Assembly: GCF_035084215.1 (NCBI RefSeq)
Contig: NC_090332.1
Coordinates: 14,198,001-14,262,000, forward strand
From: Heptranchias perlo
Taxonomy: Eukaryota
Length of the DNA stretch: 64,000 bases
Reading direction: 5' to 3'
Part shown: positions 26,901-40,741 of the stretch, piece after piece
How the letters are laid out: every line of letters starts with the position of its first letter
Position numbering within the stretch: position 1 is the first letter of the stretch
Position numbers and translations under genes: made by a program
The notes under the pieces: generated by a model
The model's database searches: none
Told to the model about the DNA's origin: nothing
The model's input: only the letters and a program-made list of their open reading frames with translations

Positions 26901-29900
26901 AAGTTAGGCCTCAGCTGGAGTACTGTGTATAATTCTGGGCACTTTAGGAAGGATGTCAAGGTCTGAGAGGGTACAGAAAAGGTTTACCAGGGATTAGGGA
27001 CTTCAGTTATGTGGAGAGTTTGGAGAAGCTGGGATTCTTCTCCTTAAGAGAAAAAAGGTTAAGGAGATACCTAATAGAGGTATTCAAGATAATGAGGGGT
27101 TTTGATAGAGCAAATAGGGAGAAATTGTTTCCTCTGGCAAGTGGGTCGGTAACCAGAGGTCATAGATTTAAAATAATTGGCGAAAGAACTAGAACAGAAA
27201 TGAGGAGAAAGTTTTTCACACAGAAGGTTGTTAAGATCTGGAATGTACTACCTGAAAGGGTGGTGGAAGCAGATTCCAAAGGAACTTTCAAAAGGTATTT
27301 GGACATGTACTTGAAGAGGACTAATTTGCAGGGATATGGGGAAAAGGCTGGGGTGTAGGACTAAATTGGACAGCTCTTTCAAAGAGCGAGCACAGGCACG
27401 ATAGGCCGAATGGCCTCCTTCTGTGCTATAAGATTATATGATTCTAAAGCACTTGTAGAATAATATGGCCAATGTATAAATTTTACAATGAGATATAAAA
27501 CACTTTTTTTTTGTAATCAGTAATAGGTTTACAAACACAGAGCTTACCTTTGCCTTTGTGCTGTTTGGGGTTTCTGTACACGAAACGATCAAGAAATCTC
27601 ATTAACGTGAAATCCTGCAAAGGGTCTCCGGAATATTGGACCTGGTCACCCTACAAGAAGTCATACAAGCAACAAGTTTATTTTTTCATCTCAACAAATG
27701 ACATTTTTCTAAATCCACTGAAATCTTTAAAGTAACAAGTGGGCAATGTTTATAAATTGGTTTAAAGAGAAAAGTGACAACCAGTATTTGCGGAAATCAT
27801 TTACAGTTTAAAGTGTAACAAGAACAAAACAGAACAGACATTAAAAAAATCTTAAACAAATCTGTGGGAGAGGGGAACAGGGAGAGACTACAGTTGCTTT
27901 CAGTGTCCCTGGGTCACAGAAGGGATACATCATTCAGGATTCCCACTCCTGACCACTATCTAGTGACCCCCTACTTGAAAGGGCATGCATGAGCAGGATT
28001 GGACTTGGCTGCAGGATGATGTCCTGCAGAGTCTAATAATTTGCCAACACTCACACAAGAATTGTCTCTTGGTGAAGCAGCAAGGGCTTCTGTCACCTGT
28101 GGAACTGTACCTCACAAGAAGAGAAGAGAATAAAATTGAAAGGGGGAAGAAATACTGGTGTGACAAATTAGCAACTGTAACAACTACTCCAAGTGCCTTT
28201 TTACAAAGAAATTTAAAATTTGAAGAAGGGGAAGTCACTGAATAATTATTGTGTTGACAGGAAGAAGGGGAAAGAGACAGGAAAAAACTAAACCTCAACA
28301 CATTGATGTATCTTACCTGCAGGATAGTTGTTGCAAAGAGTGCTACAGATGGGTGGAAATGTTCACTCAACTGGGAAGAAGAAATAAAATTTATTTTGCA
28401 TTCATTAAATTGTATGACAAACTTTTCATACTTTTTAAATATGCATGGACGGGGGAAGTTTTTTTAAAACAGCTTTCCCAACATTTAAATGAAAATGCAC
28501 ATACAAACTTCATAAATAAGGTAAGTACCCAGGTCAAAGGCTGGGTATTCTGCAGCGAGTGACTCACCTCCTAACTCCCCAAAGCCTTTCCACCATCTAC
28601 AAATCACAAGTCAGGAATGTGATGGAATACTCTCCACTTGCCTGGATGAGTGCAGCTCCAACAACACTCAAGAAGCTCGACACCATCCAGGATAAAGCGG
28701 CCCGCTCGATTGGCACCCCATCCACCACTTTAAATATTCACTCCCCCCACCACTGGCGCACCGAGGCTGCAGTGTGTACCATCCGCAGCAACTCGCCAAG
28801 GCTTCTTCGACAGCACCTCCCAAATCCGCAACCTCTACCACCTAAAAAGGACAAGGGCAGCAGGTGCTTGGGAACACCACTACCTGCACGTTCCCCTCCA
28901 AGTCACACACCATCCTGACTTGGAAATATATCGCCATACCTTCATCGCCGTTGGGTCAAAATCCTGGAACTCCCTACCTAACAGCACTGTGGGAGAACCT
29001 TCACCACATGGACTGCAATGGTTCAAGAAGGTGGCTCACCACCACCTTCTCAAGGGCAATTAGGGATGGGCAATAAATGTTGGTCTTGCCAGTGACGCCC
29101 ACATCCCATGAATATTAAAAAAAAATGTATGTTATGCCTCAACTGATATATTTGGTAACTTCTGCAACTGATTGAGGAATATGGTTAGAAGGTGAGTAGA
29201 TAACGGTTGATTTATCAAAAAGAACAGTCTTGTTGGGTCCAATGGACTTTCTTTTATCCAAATTCTAAACACTAAAGTCTAGAAATAGGAACGTGCTGAT
29301 CACAGGACATAACGAGCAGCCTTGGTAAAGGGATTGCAGGAACAAGGGTACAGTGGGGAATAGGATCCCGGAAGATCCTAGGTGGGGAGGGGAGGAAAAA
29401 AAAGGAACCTCACACAGTGGAGCATCAGAGCAGGTCATGGAATGGAAGGGTTTGGGTTCTTCCCATGTTCCACCAGACAGGGGGTTGACAATCCCAAATA
29501 TGTTGTTATAGGGAGATGCCAATGGTTGGTTAGATTTTTTTCCTGGAAAAGGAGGAGAAAATATTTGGAGAACAAGCAATTGTAGTTGTGCAAGGCCATA
29601 ATGTTGCACTTGGGGACACTATATATCCCATTGGTTAGCCCGTTGTTCATGATAGTGAGTAGAATGCACTGGATATCTAGATCCCTGGATATTTCTACCA
29701 GCAACACAATGTCATTTGCCAAAAGGAATGCTGCAATATGCCTGGAACAGACATACCTAGGCGGCCCTGTACACTGCTGTCCTATACTATAAAATCATTG
29801 GGTTGAAATCGGCAGGTTCTACAATGGGAGGGAGATCCGCCATGCTAAATTACCACCCAGGTGAAGGTGAAAATTATTCCCCATCATCTGACATCCAGCC

Positions 29901-32900
29901 TGCTCTATCAGAAGTCACATAGGCCCTGTTCAGGCATTGTGCTCACCAAAATCCCTCGTGACTGACTGCTTGGCCCTTGTCACTTGTAGCACAGAAGCTG
30001 TGAGCTGCTCTGACCTGGCAACTCTCTGTTGCAAGGCAAACACTTTGCCCAGTTCAGCTAAGAGGTGCCCTCTTGACAAGCAAATTATCCAAGGTTATCC
30101 AAGTGATCCAAGGTTTTCAAATGATGTTGAACATGCAAAGGGAAAGCAAAATGTGTGCCAAGATGTTCACAATTATATAATTAGAATCATAGAAGTTACA
30201 ACATGGAAACAGGCCCTTCGGCCCAACATGTCCATGTCACCCAGTTTATACCACTAAGCTAGTCCCAATTGCCTGCACTTATAGAATCATAGAAGTTATT
30301 GATTGCTATGCCTCTCTGGATCCCATGCCAATGCCACATAATTAGGGAACCTTGGAAATAACGCAAAGTACATTGCTCCAGAAGGATTTGCACTACCATT
30401 GAAGCACTCTTTTCATATAAATTCAAACCAATAAAGAATGGATCTTCTGTGAACCCTTATTTACTCCAGACATTGGGGAAATGAAATCTTTCTTGCTTTG
30501 AGTTTCTCTTAAATGCTAGCATAATACCCCAATATCAGATTTGTGAAACACTTGCTTATTTTTTTTATTATTCATTCATGGGATGTGGGCATTTATTGCC
30601 CATCCCTAATTGCCCTTGAGAAGGTGGAGGTGAGCCGCCTTCTTGAACCATTGCAGTCCGTGTGGTGAAGGTTCTCCCACAGTGCTGTTAGGTAGGAAAT
30701 GTGCTATATTTCCAAGACAGGGTGGTATGTGACTTGGAGGGGAACGTGCAGGTGGTGGTGTTCCCATGTGTCTGCTGCCCTAGTCCTTCTAGGTGGTAGA
30801 TGTCGCGGGTTTGGGAGGTGCTGTCGAAGAAGCCTTGCCGACTTGCTGCAGTGCATCTTGTGGATGGTGTACACTGCGCAGTGGTGGAGGGAGTGAATGT
30901 TTAAGGTTGTGGATGGGGTGCCAATCGAGCAGGCTGCTTTCTCCTGGATGGTATCGAGCTTCTTAAGTGTTGTTGGACTCATTCAGGCAAGTGGAGAGTA
31001 TTCCATCACACTCCTGACTTTGCCTGTCTGTAGGGACTTCTACTGGTATTACAGCAATCATTCGCCTGAAGAGTGTCACTTTTTAATATTCATACTTGAG
31101 CATCAGCCTTGCCTCAGCTCATGACACTCTCATCTCTGAATCAGAAGGTTGTGGGTCAAGCTCCACTCCAGAGATTTGAGCACTAAGTCCGGACCTACGT
31201 TTCATTGAGTGAGTGCTGCATTGTCGTGGCAGAAGAGAAGGTTGTTTGCCCGGTGTCCTGGCCAACATTTACCCCTTAGCCAATATAACCAAAACAGATT
31301 TTTTGGTCATTTATCTCATTGTTGTTTATTGGACCTTGCTATGCGCAAATTGGCTGCCATGTTTCTCCACATTACAGTGATTACACGTCAAAAAGTATTT
31401 CATTGGTTGTAAATAGCTTTGAGATGTCCTGAGGACGTGAAGGGTACTATATAAATTCAAGTTCTTTCTTTCTTCTACACCAAATAAAGACCACTAATAA
31501 AACTACCTGAAGAACATGTCTACGATACAAAGAGGATTCATTCTAAATTGAAAGAAGTCAGAGTTCTAAATAACAAATTATTTTACATGGTCACCTGAAG
31601 ATTTAGGGACGGTTATAGATGTGGACTTTGTTCAATTAAATGTATAACATAACCAACAACCACCTCTCCCCCGCCAAAAATAAAAACTTGACTAGCCCAG
31701 CAGATATACGAGAAATTAACCTCTACAAGAGGGCTGACATATACCTAAAAGTGGTTTGATGTACCCATGAATGGTTTTTGCAATTAAATTTCAAGGCAAA
31801 GATTAAAAAGAATTATAGGATAAAATGAACCTGATGTAAAAGTGGATCATTTTATAATAAATAGGTTTTGAAAATAAAAGCAGAACACCAGTCTTCTCAC
31901 TAACGACAGACAGAAATGTAACTATGCTATAATAGTTTCCAAGTGGTCAACTTTACCAAACTGCAAAGACAAACTACAAGAATGAAAGAAATTCAATTAT
32001 TACTGAAAGCACATTGGCTTTAGTAAATATAAAGTGCACATTTCTCAAGGCACTAGAATCAAATGCAAACACCAGAATGAAACTGATGCATACTTGACTG
32101 TGGACATCTTTTAATCACAGTTGGCAAACTAATAAAACTTGTAATTTTCATCAAGAGTTAGGGTACAAATTAGCACCAGCTGCAAGGACATAATTTTCTA
32201 GTTATTGATTTGCACAGTTGATGCCACTACAAACTATGTTGGATTACACTTGAATGATCAAGTACCTAAAGCTTTTACTTTTATTTCTTTTTTAAAAAGA
32301 AACTTTGCCACAAAACTGAGCAATATTTAATGAGGAAAAATTAATTTTACCTTCCTCAATTCCCAGAGGCTGGTGCGGTCTGCTCCGCAAGAGAGAGGAT
32401 TCCTATGGAGCGGGTCATAGTTTGCCAGACACTTTCCACCTAAACCAAAGAGCAGAGCTTAATAGTACTAGTAGCACTTTGCACAATATAAAATTCAATT
32501 TTTTCACATCTTAAACAGCCAGCAGTTTTTTTTAAAAAAGATATTGTTTGAAATTTAGACGCCAACTTCATTACATGGGATCCTGGGCTTTACAAATAGA
32601 GGCAGAGAGTACAAAAGCAAGGAAGTTATGCTAACCCTTTATAAATCACTCGTTAGGCCTCATCAAGGGGCAGAGGGGACCTTGGTTTAACATCTCATCT
32701 AAAAATAGTAGACGGGGGTGGGGGGTGTGGAAAAGAGAAGATTTCCTCTTGCACTAGATGTAGCAAAATGATAAAGAACAGGCTTACAATTCTTCATCCT
32801 AACAGAGGAAATTTTGTCCCGCACTGGCCTATCCAAATAGTTTACCTTCTCGATTTTTGTGGTGCAACCATGATCCAGATGCTGTTGATTCTTGCTTTCC

Positions 32901-35900
32901 AGCTACAATGGTCTTCGGTACTACCATTTGACCTTTGTCAGCATCTATACATTTCTCCCCTTCATCTTCTGATTTCTTCTCCACCTTCTCTTCACAGAGA
33001 TCTTCAAATTTCTCTTCCTCATCGCTGTCATCAACATCTTTAAAATGTTCTTCTTCATCTGATTCCTGAGCAGAAAATATATGGCACATAAAAATAACAT
33101 GCCATGCTTTATTCATTGGTAACACTGCCATAATAGGGTCATTGTTTATTCTGATGAACTAATCATAGAATGTAATATCCGCAGGAACAGAAGGTGCTGC
33201 TACAAATACAAATATTTTCCTTCCATAATTTTCTTCCCTCCTCTCCTGAAGGTGCCAACTCATGCTGGGGTTACGGTCCCATGAAGGGGAGAGAGGGACA
33301 GCAGCCTCCAGTATCTCATCTAAGTGGCCATTCTTTGTTCAGGACATTAGACAGTGTTGGTGAGGCACCACAGCCATACCAATCTGGTTCTCACCCAATA
33401 TCCCTACACTTACCACTGGAGTTATTTGATAGCAATCAAGAGTGGAACATCTGCTCACCTACAGAGATCAACTATCTCAGTACAGAACAGGAATTATACC
33501 TGGAACTTTTTATACTTAGTGCATTAAACCAGTACACTATTAGGGGAGCTTACCACTTCAAATTTTAAAATAATTAAATCTATATGCTAGGTGAGGACTT
33601 AATTAAAATACTCCCGCAGTTTAGCCTAGGATTTCCAGAATTAACAGTTTGTTAATTATCCCCAAAATGTTATGATCTTTCAGAAGTGATTGATATTTCC
33701 AAACTCCACTTGAACCCCTGCTTCCTTCTATACTAATACAACTGAATTCTTCTGCTTTATCAGATAAAATATTAATCAAGAGCACTTTTTAATTTATTTT
33801 CAGTCATAATCCAATGCACTTAAGTAAATTAGTACTTAAATCAGCAATTGATTTATAAAACCTTAATCCACTCAAGTTATTTGACAAAGCTCATTCTGAC
33901 TTCCACAAAACTTATTGTTGGATATTTCCTGAACAAAGCTGGGAATAATGTATTTTATATCAAAGGGGGAAACAATATCATGGAACACAATGGATTGGTG
34001 AAATAGTGAAAGCAATACCCCATATTCTTGTAACAGGACTTGTATGCCTGGCTTCAGTTTCAGAATCTCAGAAATAAGATAGAGCGCTCCACATATAAAT
34101 GCTGGCGTCTGGCCACAAGTGGCCTGCAAGATCCGTTTTATAAATGCCTTAACGCGACGAAGCACTAAGTCAGACTTCAAAGACTTGTATAGCAAATTTA
34201 GAAACATGGCTTGCTTGGAACATTGTGCCAGTCCTGGATCCAACAGTTTCCTGCATACAAAAGATAGATGAAAAATGGTTTTACATCAGGTATAGAAATA
34301 CATAAAGCACTTGTCCCATGCATCTTGAATCATAGAACAGGCAGAGAAGACCATTTAGCCTCGTTGTGGCTGTCAGTGCTAGCACCACACGGAACCATCT
34401 ATAGTAATTACATTTCCCAACCTTTCCTCATACCTTTTAATATTTTTCTTCAAATGTTTATCTAATTTCCTCTTAAATGTTGTGATTGCCTCTGCTTCAA
34501 AAGCCTCATGTTGATGTATTCCAAATTCTACTTGTCCTTTGTGAAAAAAAAATCTTTTAGCCTTCCACTTTGTGCTTCTAATACTAATCCTAAATTTATG
34601 CCTCCTTGTTATTGATTCACCGGTGAAAATAATCTTTCATTATCTATTCACCCAAAGGCTTTCAAAATTTTGAACACTTCTATCACATTCCTTGTTAATC
34701 TTCTCTGCTCCAGTGAATAAAGCCCACGATTTTCAAATCTTATAACTACGCTCTCATTCCTGGTATCATCCTAATAAATCTATCTTGTATCTTTTCTATG
34801 GGTCCAATCCTTCTCTGCAACTATTGACAAGAAAATTATGTCACCTACTTATAATGTGCACATTTTTGTTGAATAATCTGCTAAAAATACTAGTCTACTT
34901 TGCCCTGATTATACATAGAACTACATAGAATGTACAGCACAGAAACAGGCCACTTGGCCCAACAGGTTCATGCTGCACACAAGCCTCCTCGCTCTCAACT
35001 TCAACTGTCAGCATATCCTTCTATTCCTTTCTCCCTCAGTTTTTATCTCGCTTCCCCTTAAATGCATCTATGTCAGTTGCCTCAACTACTTCTTGTGGTA
35101 GCAAGTGACACGCTCTAACCACTCTCCGGGTAAAGAAGTTTCTCCTGAATTCCCTATTAGATTTATTAATGACTATCTTATAATAATGGCCCCTAGTTCT
35201 GGTCTACCCTATCAAAACATTTCATAATCTTAAAGACCTCTATCAGGTCACCTTTTCCAGAGAGCTCAATCTTTCCTGACTGGTATAACCTCTCAGTTGT
35301 ACGATATCTTTTCTGCTCTTTGCGTACAATGGTAATTCATTACCTGAGTTACACTTTTTTCTAGTCCATCAGAAATGGATTTATCCAATTTGAACCACTT
35401 ATACTGGCTGAGAAAAACAAACTAAAAAGTTACACGTACATACATTGATCCAAAGTGCCTGCGCAATGTGGCGATGATATGTATCATCAAGATAACTATT
35501 CCTGAATCAAAGCCAACCTCTGGCTTTATTGAAGCAAGAAACGGAACAAAATTTACAGAACTCAGCATATTGTATTGGTCTTTGTTCCATTTTGGTCAAT
35601 TTATGATGCAACTCATGGTTATCACATTAGTAGAATTCACTTGTGAGCAGCACTGGCCAAAAGAAAACATAAATTGAATTAATGTTAAAGACAGCAGTTA
35701 GCTTTGTGGCACAATGTCATTGTACATCAATGTAGTAGGGTGTAATTTTATGTCTGTGACTCAGTGCAGCGTGTTTCTGATCTCAGCTAGGCTTGAGGTG
35801 CCAAGATACCGTTGCTCAAGAAAGGAGGATAAATAAACTGGAAAGTGAGCTGATGCTGGAAGTACTCACACAATTTTTGCTGATCACATTGATAGGATAG

Positions 35901-38900
35901 CAACTTAGGCAAAGACTTCAGAGCAGATCTGAATCTTATCAGCCTCACACGTATGGTGCCCGAAAACGATAAGAATGAGAACTACTCAAAATAAGTGTAA
36001 GCCATGAATTAAAAAGAGAAAATACAGTAAATGTAACAAAATGTTGAACAAAACTATTTAGCTACAGAACAAAAATTACTTAGATAAATTGGTTTGATTT
36101 ACTTTTTTGTACATATTTTGCAAAGTATGTCAGTGCAAATGGAGGCACTTTTCACATAACAGCCATGTACACAAGTTTAGATAAAGGTCCTGCTTTTGAA
36201 TTTCAGCAGGGTTCATCCTTCCAAAATGAATCAAATTAGTACTTGATGTTTGGATGTGGGGAAAAAACAGCAGATTTCAGGGACTGTACAGTACTTGTCA
36301 CACTGTTGCAGTACCTGACTATTTGGCAATGGAACGTCAATCGGTGCAGTACACAATGGAAACCAACCTTCACAGGTAATCCTCTCCCTCTCTCAGTACA
36401 CAAACATTTTAGAAGATTGGTGGAAATGTAACATTCTTAACTTATGTTAGGAATTCAAATTGATATGTGTTAACGACCTGGACTTGGGTATACAGGGTAT
36501 AATTTCAAAGTTTGCAGATGACATGAAACTCGGAAATCTAGCAAACGTGGAGGATAGTAACAGAATTCAGGAGGACATAGACAAACTGGTGAAATTTAAC
36601 ACAGCGAAGTGTGAAGTGATGCATTTTGGTAGGAAGAATGAGGAGAGGCAATATAAACATGCAAACTAAATTGTACAATTTTAAAGTGGGTGCAGGAACA
36701 GAGACATCCAGGGATGCATATTCACAAATCTTTGAAGGTGGCAGGACAAGTTGAGAAAGCTGTTAAAAAAAGCACATGAGATCCTGGGCTTTAATAAAAG
36801 AGGCATGGAGTACAAAATCAAGGAAGTTATACTGAACCTTTATAAAACACTGGTTAGGCCTCAGCTGCAGTATTGTGTTCAATTCTGGGCCACACTTTAG
36901 AAAGGATGTCAAGAGCTTCGAGAGGGTGCAGAAGAGACTTACTAGAATGGTGCCAGGGATGAGGGACTTCAGTTATGTGGAGAGACTGGAGAAGCTGGGG
37001 TTGTTCTCCTTAGGACAGAGAAGGTTAAGTTGGGGGAGGGGTGGGGGAAGAGATTTGATAGAGGTGTTCAAAATCAGAACGGTTTTGACAGAGTAAAAAA
37101 GGAGAAACTGTTTCTAGTCGTAGGAGGGTCGTTAACCAGAGGACGCAGATTTAAAGGTGATCGGCAAAGGAGCCAGAGACGACATGAGGAAACATTTTTT
37201 TTTAACGCAATGAGTTGTAATGATCTGGAATGCACTGCCTGGAGGGGTGGTGGAAGCAGATTCAATAGTAACTTTCAAAAGGGAATGGATAAATACTTAA
37301 AGGGAAAAAACTTACAGGGCTATGGGGAAAGAGCAGGGGAATGGGTCTAAATGGGTAGTTCTTTCAAAGAGCCAACACAGGCACAACAGGCCAAATGGCC
37401 TCCTCCCAGTGCTGTACCTACTATGATAACTCTTCAAAATACACAGAAGCAAGCAATCAATTGGGAGCCATAAAGCATTGGGGGGGGGGGGGGGGGGGAT
37501 TCTGTGACTACCAGAAGATCCAACCATAATTATTAGATGTGTTGCAACTAGACATAAATAAAAGCCTCGCTGATTGCATAATATATTACCAAAGATGGAT
37601 TAGCTCATTCTCTTTTTGTAATGCAAATTTAACTTAAAAAAATACTCGATCTACCTTGGGAAGAGGATTCATCTGCTCTCTCTCTCTCCCTTCCTTCCTT
37701 TACTTATATTGTGTTTTACACTGGTGATTTATACCAACATTGGACTTTGCTGGTTTTGTGCCTCTACAAATGGTATCATCATGCCTCACACTAAATTCAT
37801 CCTTGGTCAATTACTGAAAATCAATTTCAATCCTTCAGAAGAATCAAACTTGTAATACATAATAGATTGCATACCAATAATTGGTCATTTATACAAAACC
37901 ACCATAATACGACCATTTTACCTCACTTCTTGGTGTACCAGCATCCTCCATTTTCAACATTCCTGGATATTTGAGTTATGTCAGAAACAACAATAAGTTA
38001 TATTACTTAGACGGAGGGAAGTTAAAAGCAAATAAATCAATGAGTTATGACTGATTAATTTTATGCTCATTTAGTTGACAGATGTTACTGTTGGCAAATA
38101 GAGCACTTCATCCAAAGTCACTATGGCTCTTCCAGATCATGATGTGGAGATGCCGGTGATGGACTGGGGTTGACAATTGTAAACAATTTTACAACACCAA
38201 GTTATAGTCCAGCAATTTTATTTTAAATTCACAAGCTTTCGGAGGCTTCCTCCTTCGTCAGGTGAACGATGTGAAAATGAAATCCTCGAAATGAAATCGC
38301 ATTTATAATTCACAGAACAATGCTTGGTGAGTACAGACAGTTTTTTCAACTTCTGCTCGACGATTTTGCGTTGTCGTGTGTCTCGAAGGCCGCCTTGGAG
38401 TACGCTTACCCGAAGGTCGGTGGACCTTCGGGTAAGCGTACATGCTATACCTGATCTTCCAGATCAGGTATAGCATGTGTGTGTTCTGGGGTGGGGGTGG
38501 AGGGGAAACATACTGAAAGACCCTTTTACTCTTTCTTACTTTGCTTCCACCTCAGCCTCAGAAGAGCATCCTTACTCCAGCAGGCGACATATCCATTTCT
38601 CACATCAGCTATCCTCGTGCACTCCAAAGTGGGAAGAGGAAGGATATATAATAAAGAAAGAAATTGATGAAGAGGGGCAGATGAACCTCCATACAAAAAA
38701 GTAGAGGGTTTATAATTGTTCTAGGCCCTTTAACTACTGGAAACAGTCTGCTCTATTCACCCTATCAATTACTTCATAATTTTAAACACTTCTATGATAT
38801 TGCCATGTAATGTATGTTATTCTAAAGAAAAAAAGCCCCAATTTTTCAAGTTTTTCTTCGTATATGTACATCATGCAGCATTCTAGTGAATCTATGTTGT

Positions 38901-40706
38901 ACCTTCTCTAAAGCCATTTGAGATCTTCAAAAACTTCATACTGTAAGTTTTATGTCAAAAACATTTAAGCACAAGTAAATATTACCTGTAGAGTGCCACA
39001 TAATATCGATTGGATATGGCTTGTTGAGACTCCATCACCTGAAATAGTAGCATTAGTGCCTGGACACTTGTGGTGAAGTTCACAACATGTACAACCCTGA
39101 ACAAAGTATCCATTTGTTCCATTATCTTTTCATCATCCATCTTGGAATAAGGGAAAGCTCGATTGACACCTGACAGCAATGCACTTAGCATTTTAGAGTC
39201 TAGTTCTGCCTTTTTAACATAGGCATGGAAAAATGAAAAGTAAACAGCAATTAATTTCCCAGCAAGATCACTCTCTTCATGGCTCAAGACCATTTGGTTG
39301 AGAAAGCAAATGGCATAGTACTGGGCTTTCAGACTGATGTTAGGCCTATACAGAAGTCGTTCAACTTCACAGCACACAACCGTTTTCATATTGGGATGCT
39401 TATGGAGCAAAGTTTCCAAAAGGTAGGAGGCTTTAGTAGCCAATTTATATTGTGGGTCTCCTAACTTATTCACTAACTGGATCAGCAGGGCTTTCTCTTG
39501 CTCTGGCTTATTGCAGAGCAGCTCATGGACTGTCGCCAAGGCACGAGCCTTTGTTGCCTGCACAGTGTCATGGGCCAAAGTTTCTAATGCCTGCACAAAC
39601 TCTGCAACATGATGCTTCAATAGGTGTTCAAAGTACCACAATATTAGACGCTTGTCTCGGGCATCCTTGTTCCCACTGGCAAGCTCCTCCAGGTTTTTAA
39701 AGGGATGTTGGGAGAAAGTTCGTAGTTTTCGATTATCTGGGAGCAGGTCAGAGATCAGCAGTTCTGTTAACGTACTCAAAGCCATTAAGCATTGCCGTCG
39801 ACTTCCCTTCTTCTTGATTTGGTTGACTAATACCTCCACAAAGTGTAGAGTATGCACTGGAGCATCCTGCATCAGAAGTGTCATAGCTGCCATTCTGTCT
39901 GCCAACGTGCCTGTTGTGACAACAGTTTTCATCCATGTTGAGTTTGCTCCTTTTTGGATATTTTTCTTACTCCTGTAACGATTGGTCTCATGATCGTACA
40001 ACTGTTTAGCAAGATTCCTATACTGTGTGACTAATGGTTCATCTTGTGGCTCAGAGCTGTGTTCATTGGTATACCCCACATCATACCATTTTCCTCCTGG
40101 CTTTATCAGTAAGTATGCTTTGGGCTGAAATTCAAAAGTGACCTGTTGCTTAGCTTTTCTACCCAGTAATCCAGACGTACTAGATACTTCATTATCTTGA
40201 ATGAGCTTTTTCTTTCCATCCTTTCCTGACAACTCCTTATGACCCTTTCCAGCTGGGAATTTCTCTTTCAGTCCCTCATTTTTATTCTTCTTGCCTTTCT
40301 TGTCAACTTTTTCTTTCTCCTTTTTTACTTGTTTTTCCTTTTTAGTGTGCTCATCATCATTTTCCTCCAGCAGATTTTGGGAGTATTTGCTTATGCCTAG
40401 TTTACTAATGAAGGCTTCTAATTCACCTTCTTTCAGATCATCTATTGCTGTCTTTTTTCCACCATCAACTAGTTCTTCATTCTCATTCAAGGAAGACAGC
40501 ATTACATAGTCAGCCTGTAGAGAAAAACATATTATGATTATACAAAAGAGCCAATACCACACACACATTTTAGTTCAACCAGGTTCTACCACCCTGGCAA
40601 TCAGGTGAATAGTAATAATCATAACAAAAACATTTGTTAGTCTAGGGCAGAAATACTGGGATTAAAATGCACACTACAAACAACAACTTGCATTTATGTC
40701 TTAAAG

Positions 40707-40741
<35 letters not shown>

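Noticed and set aside
40515-40568. N-terminal hydrophobic MCVWYW... segment of the 528-aa ORF
   Set aside because: Intronic pyrimidine tract; the real exon starts at 40514.
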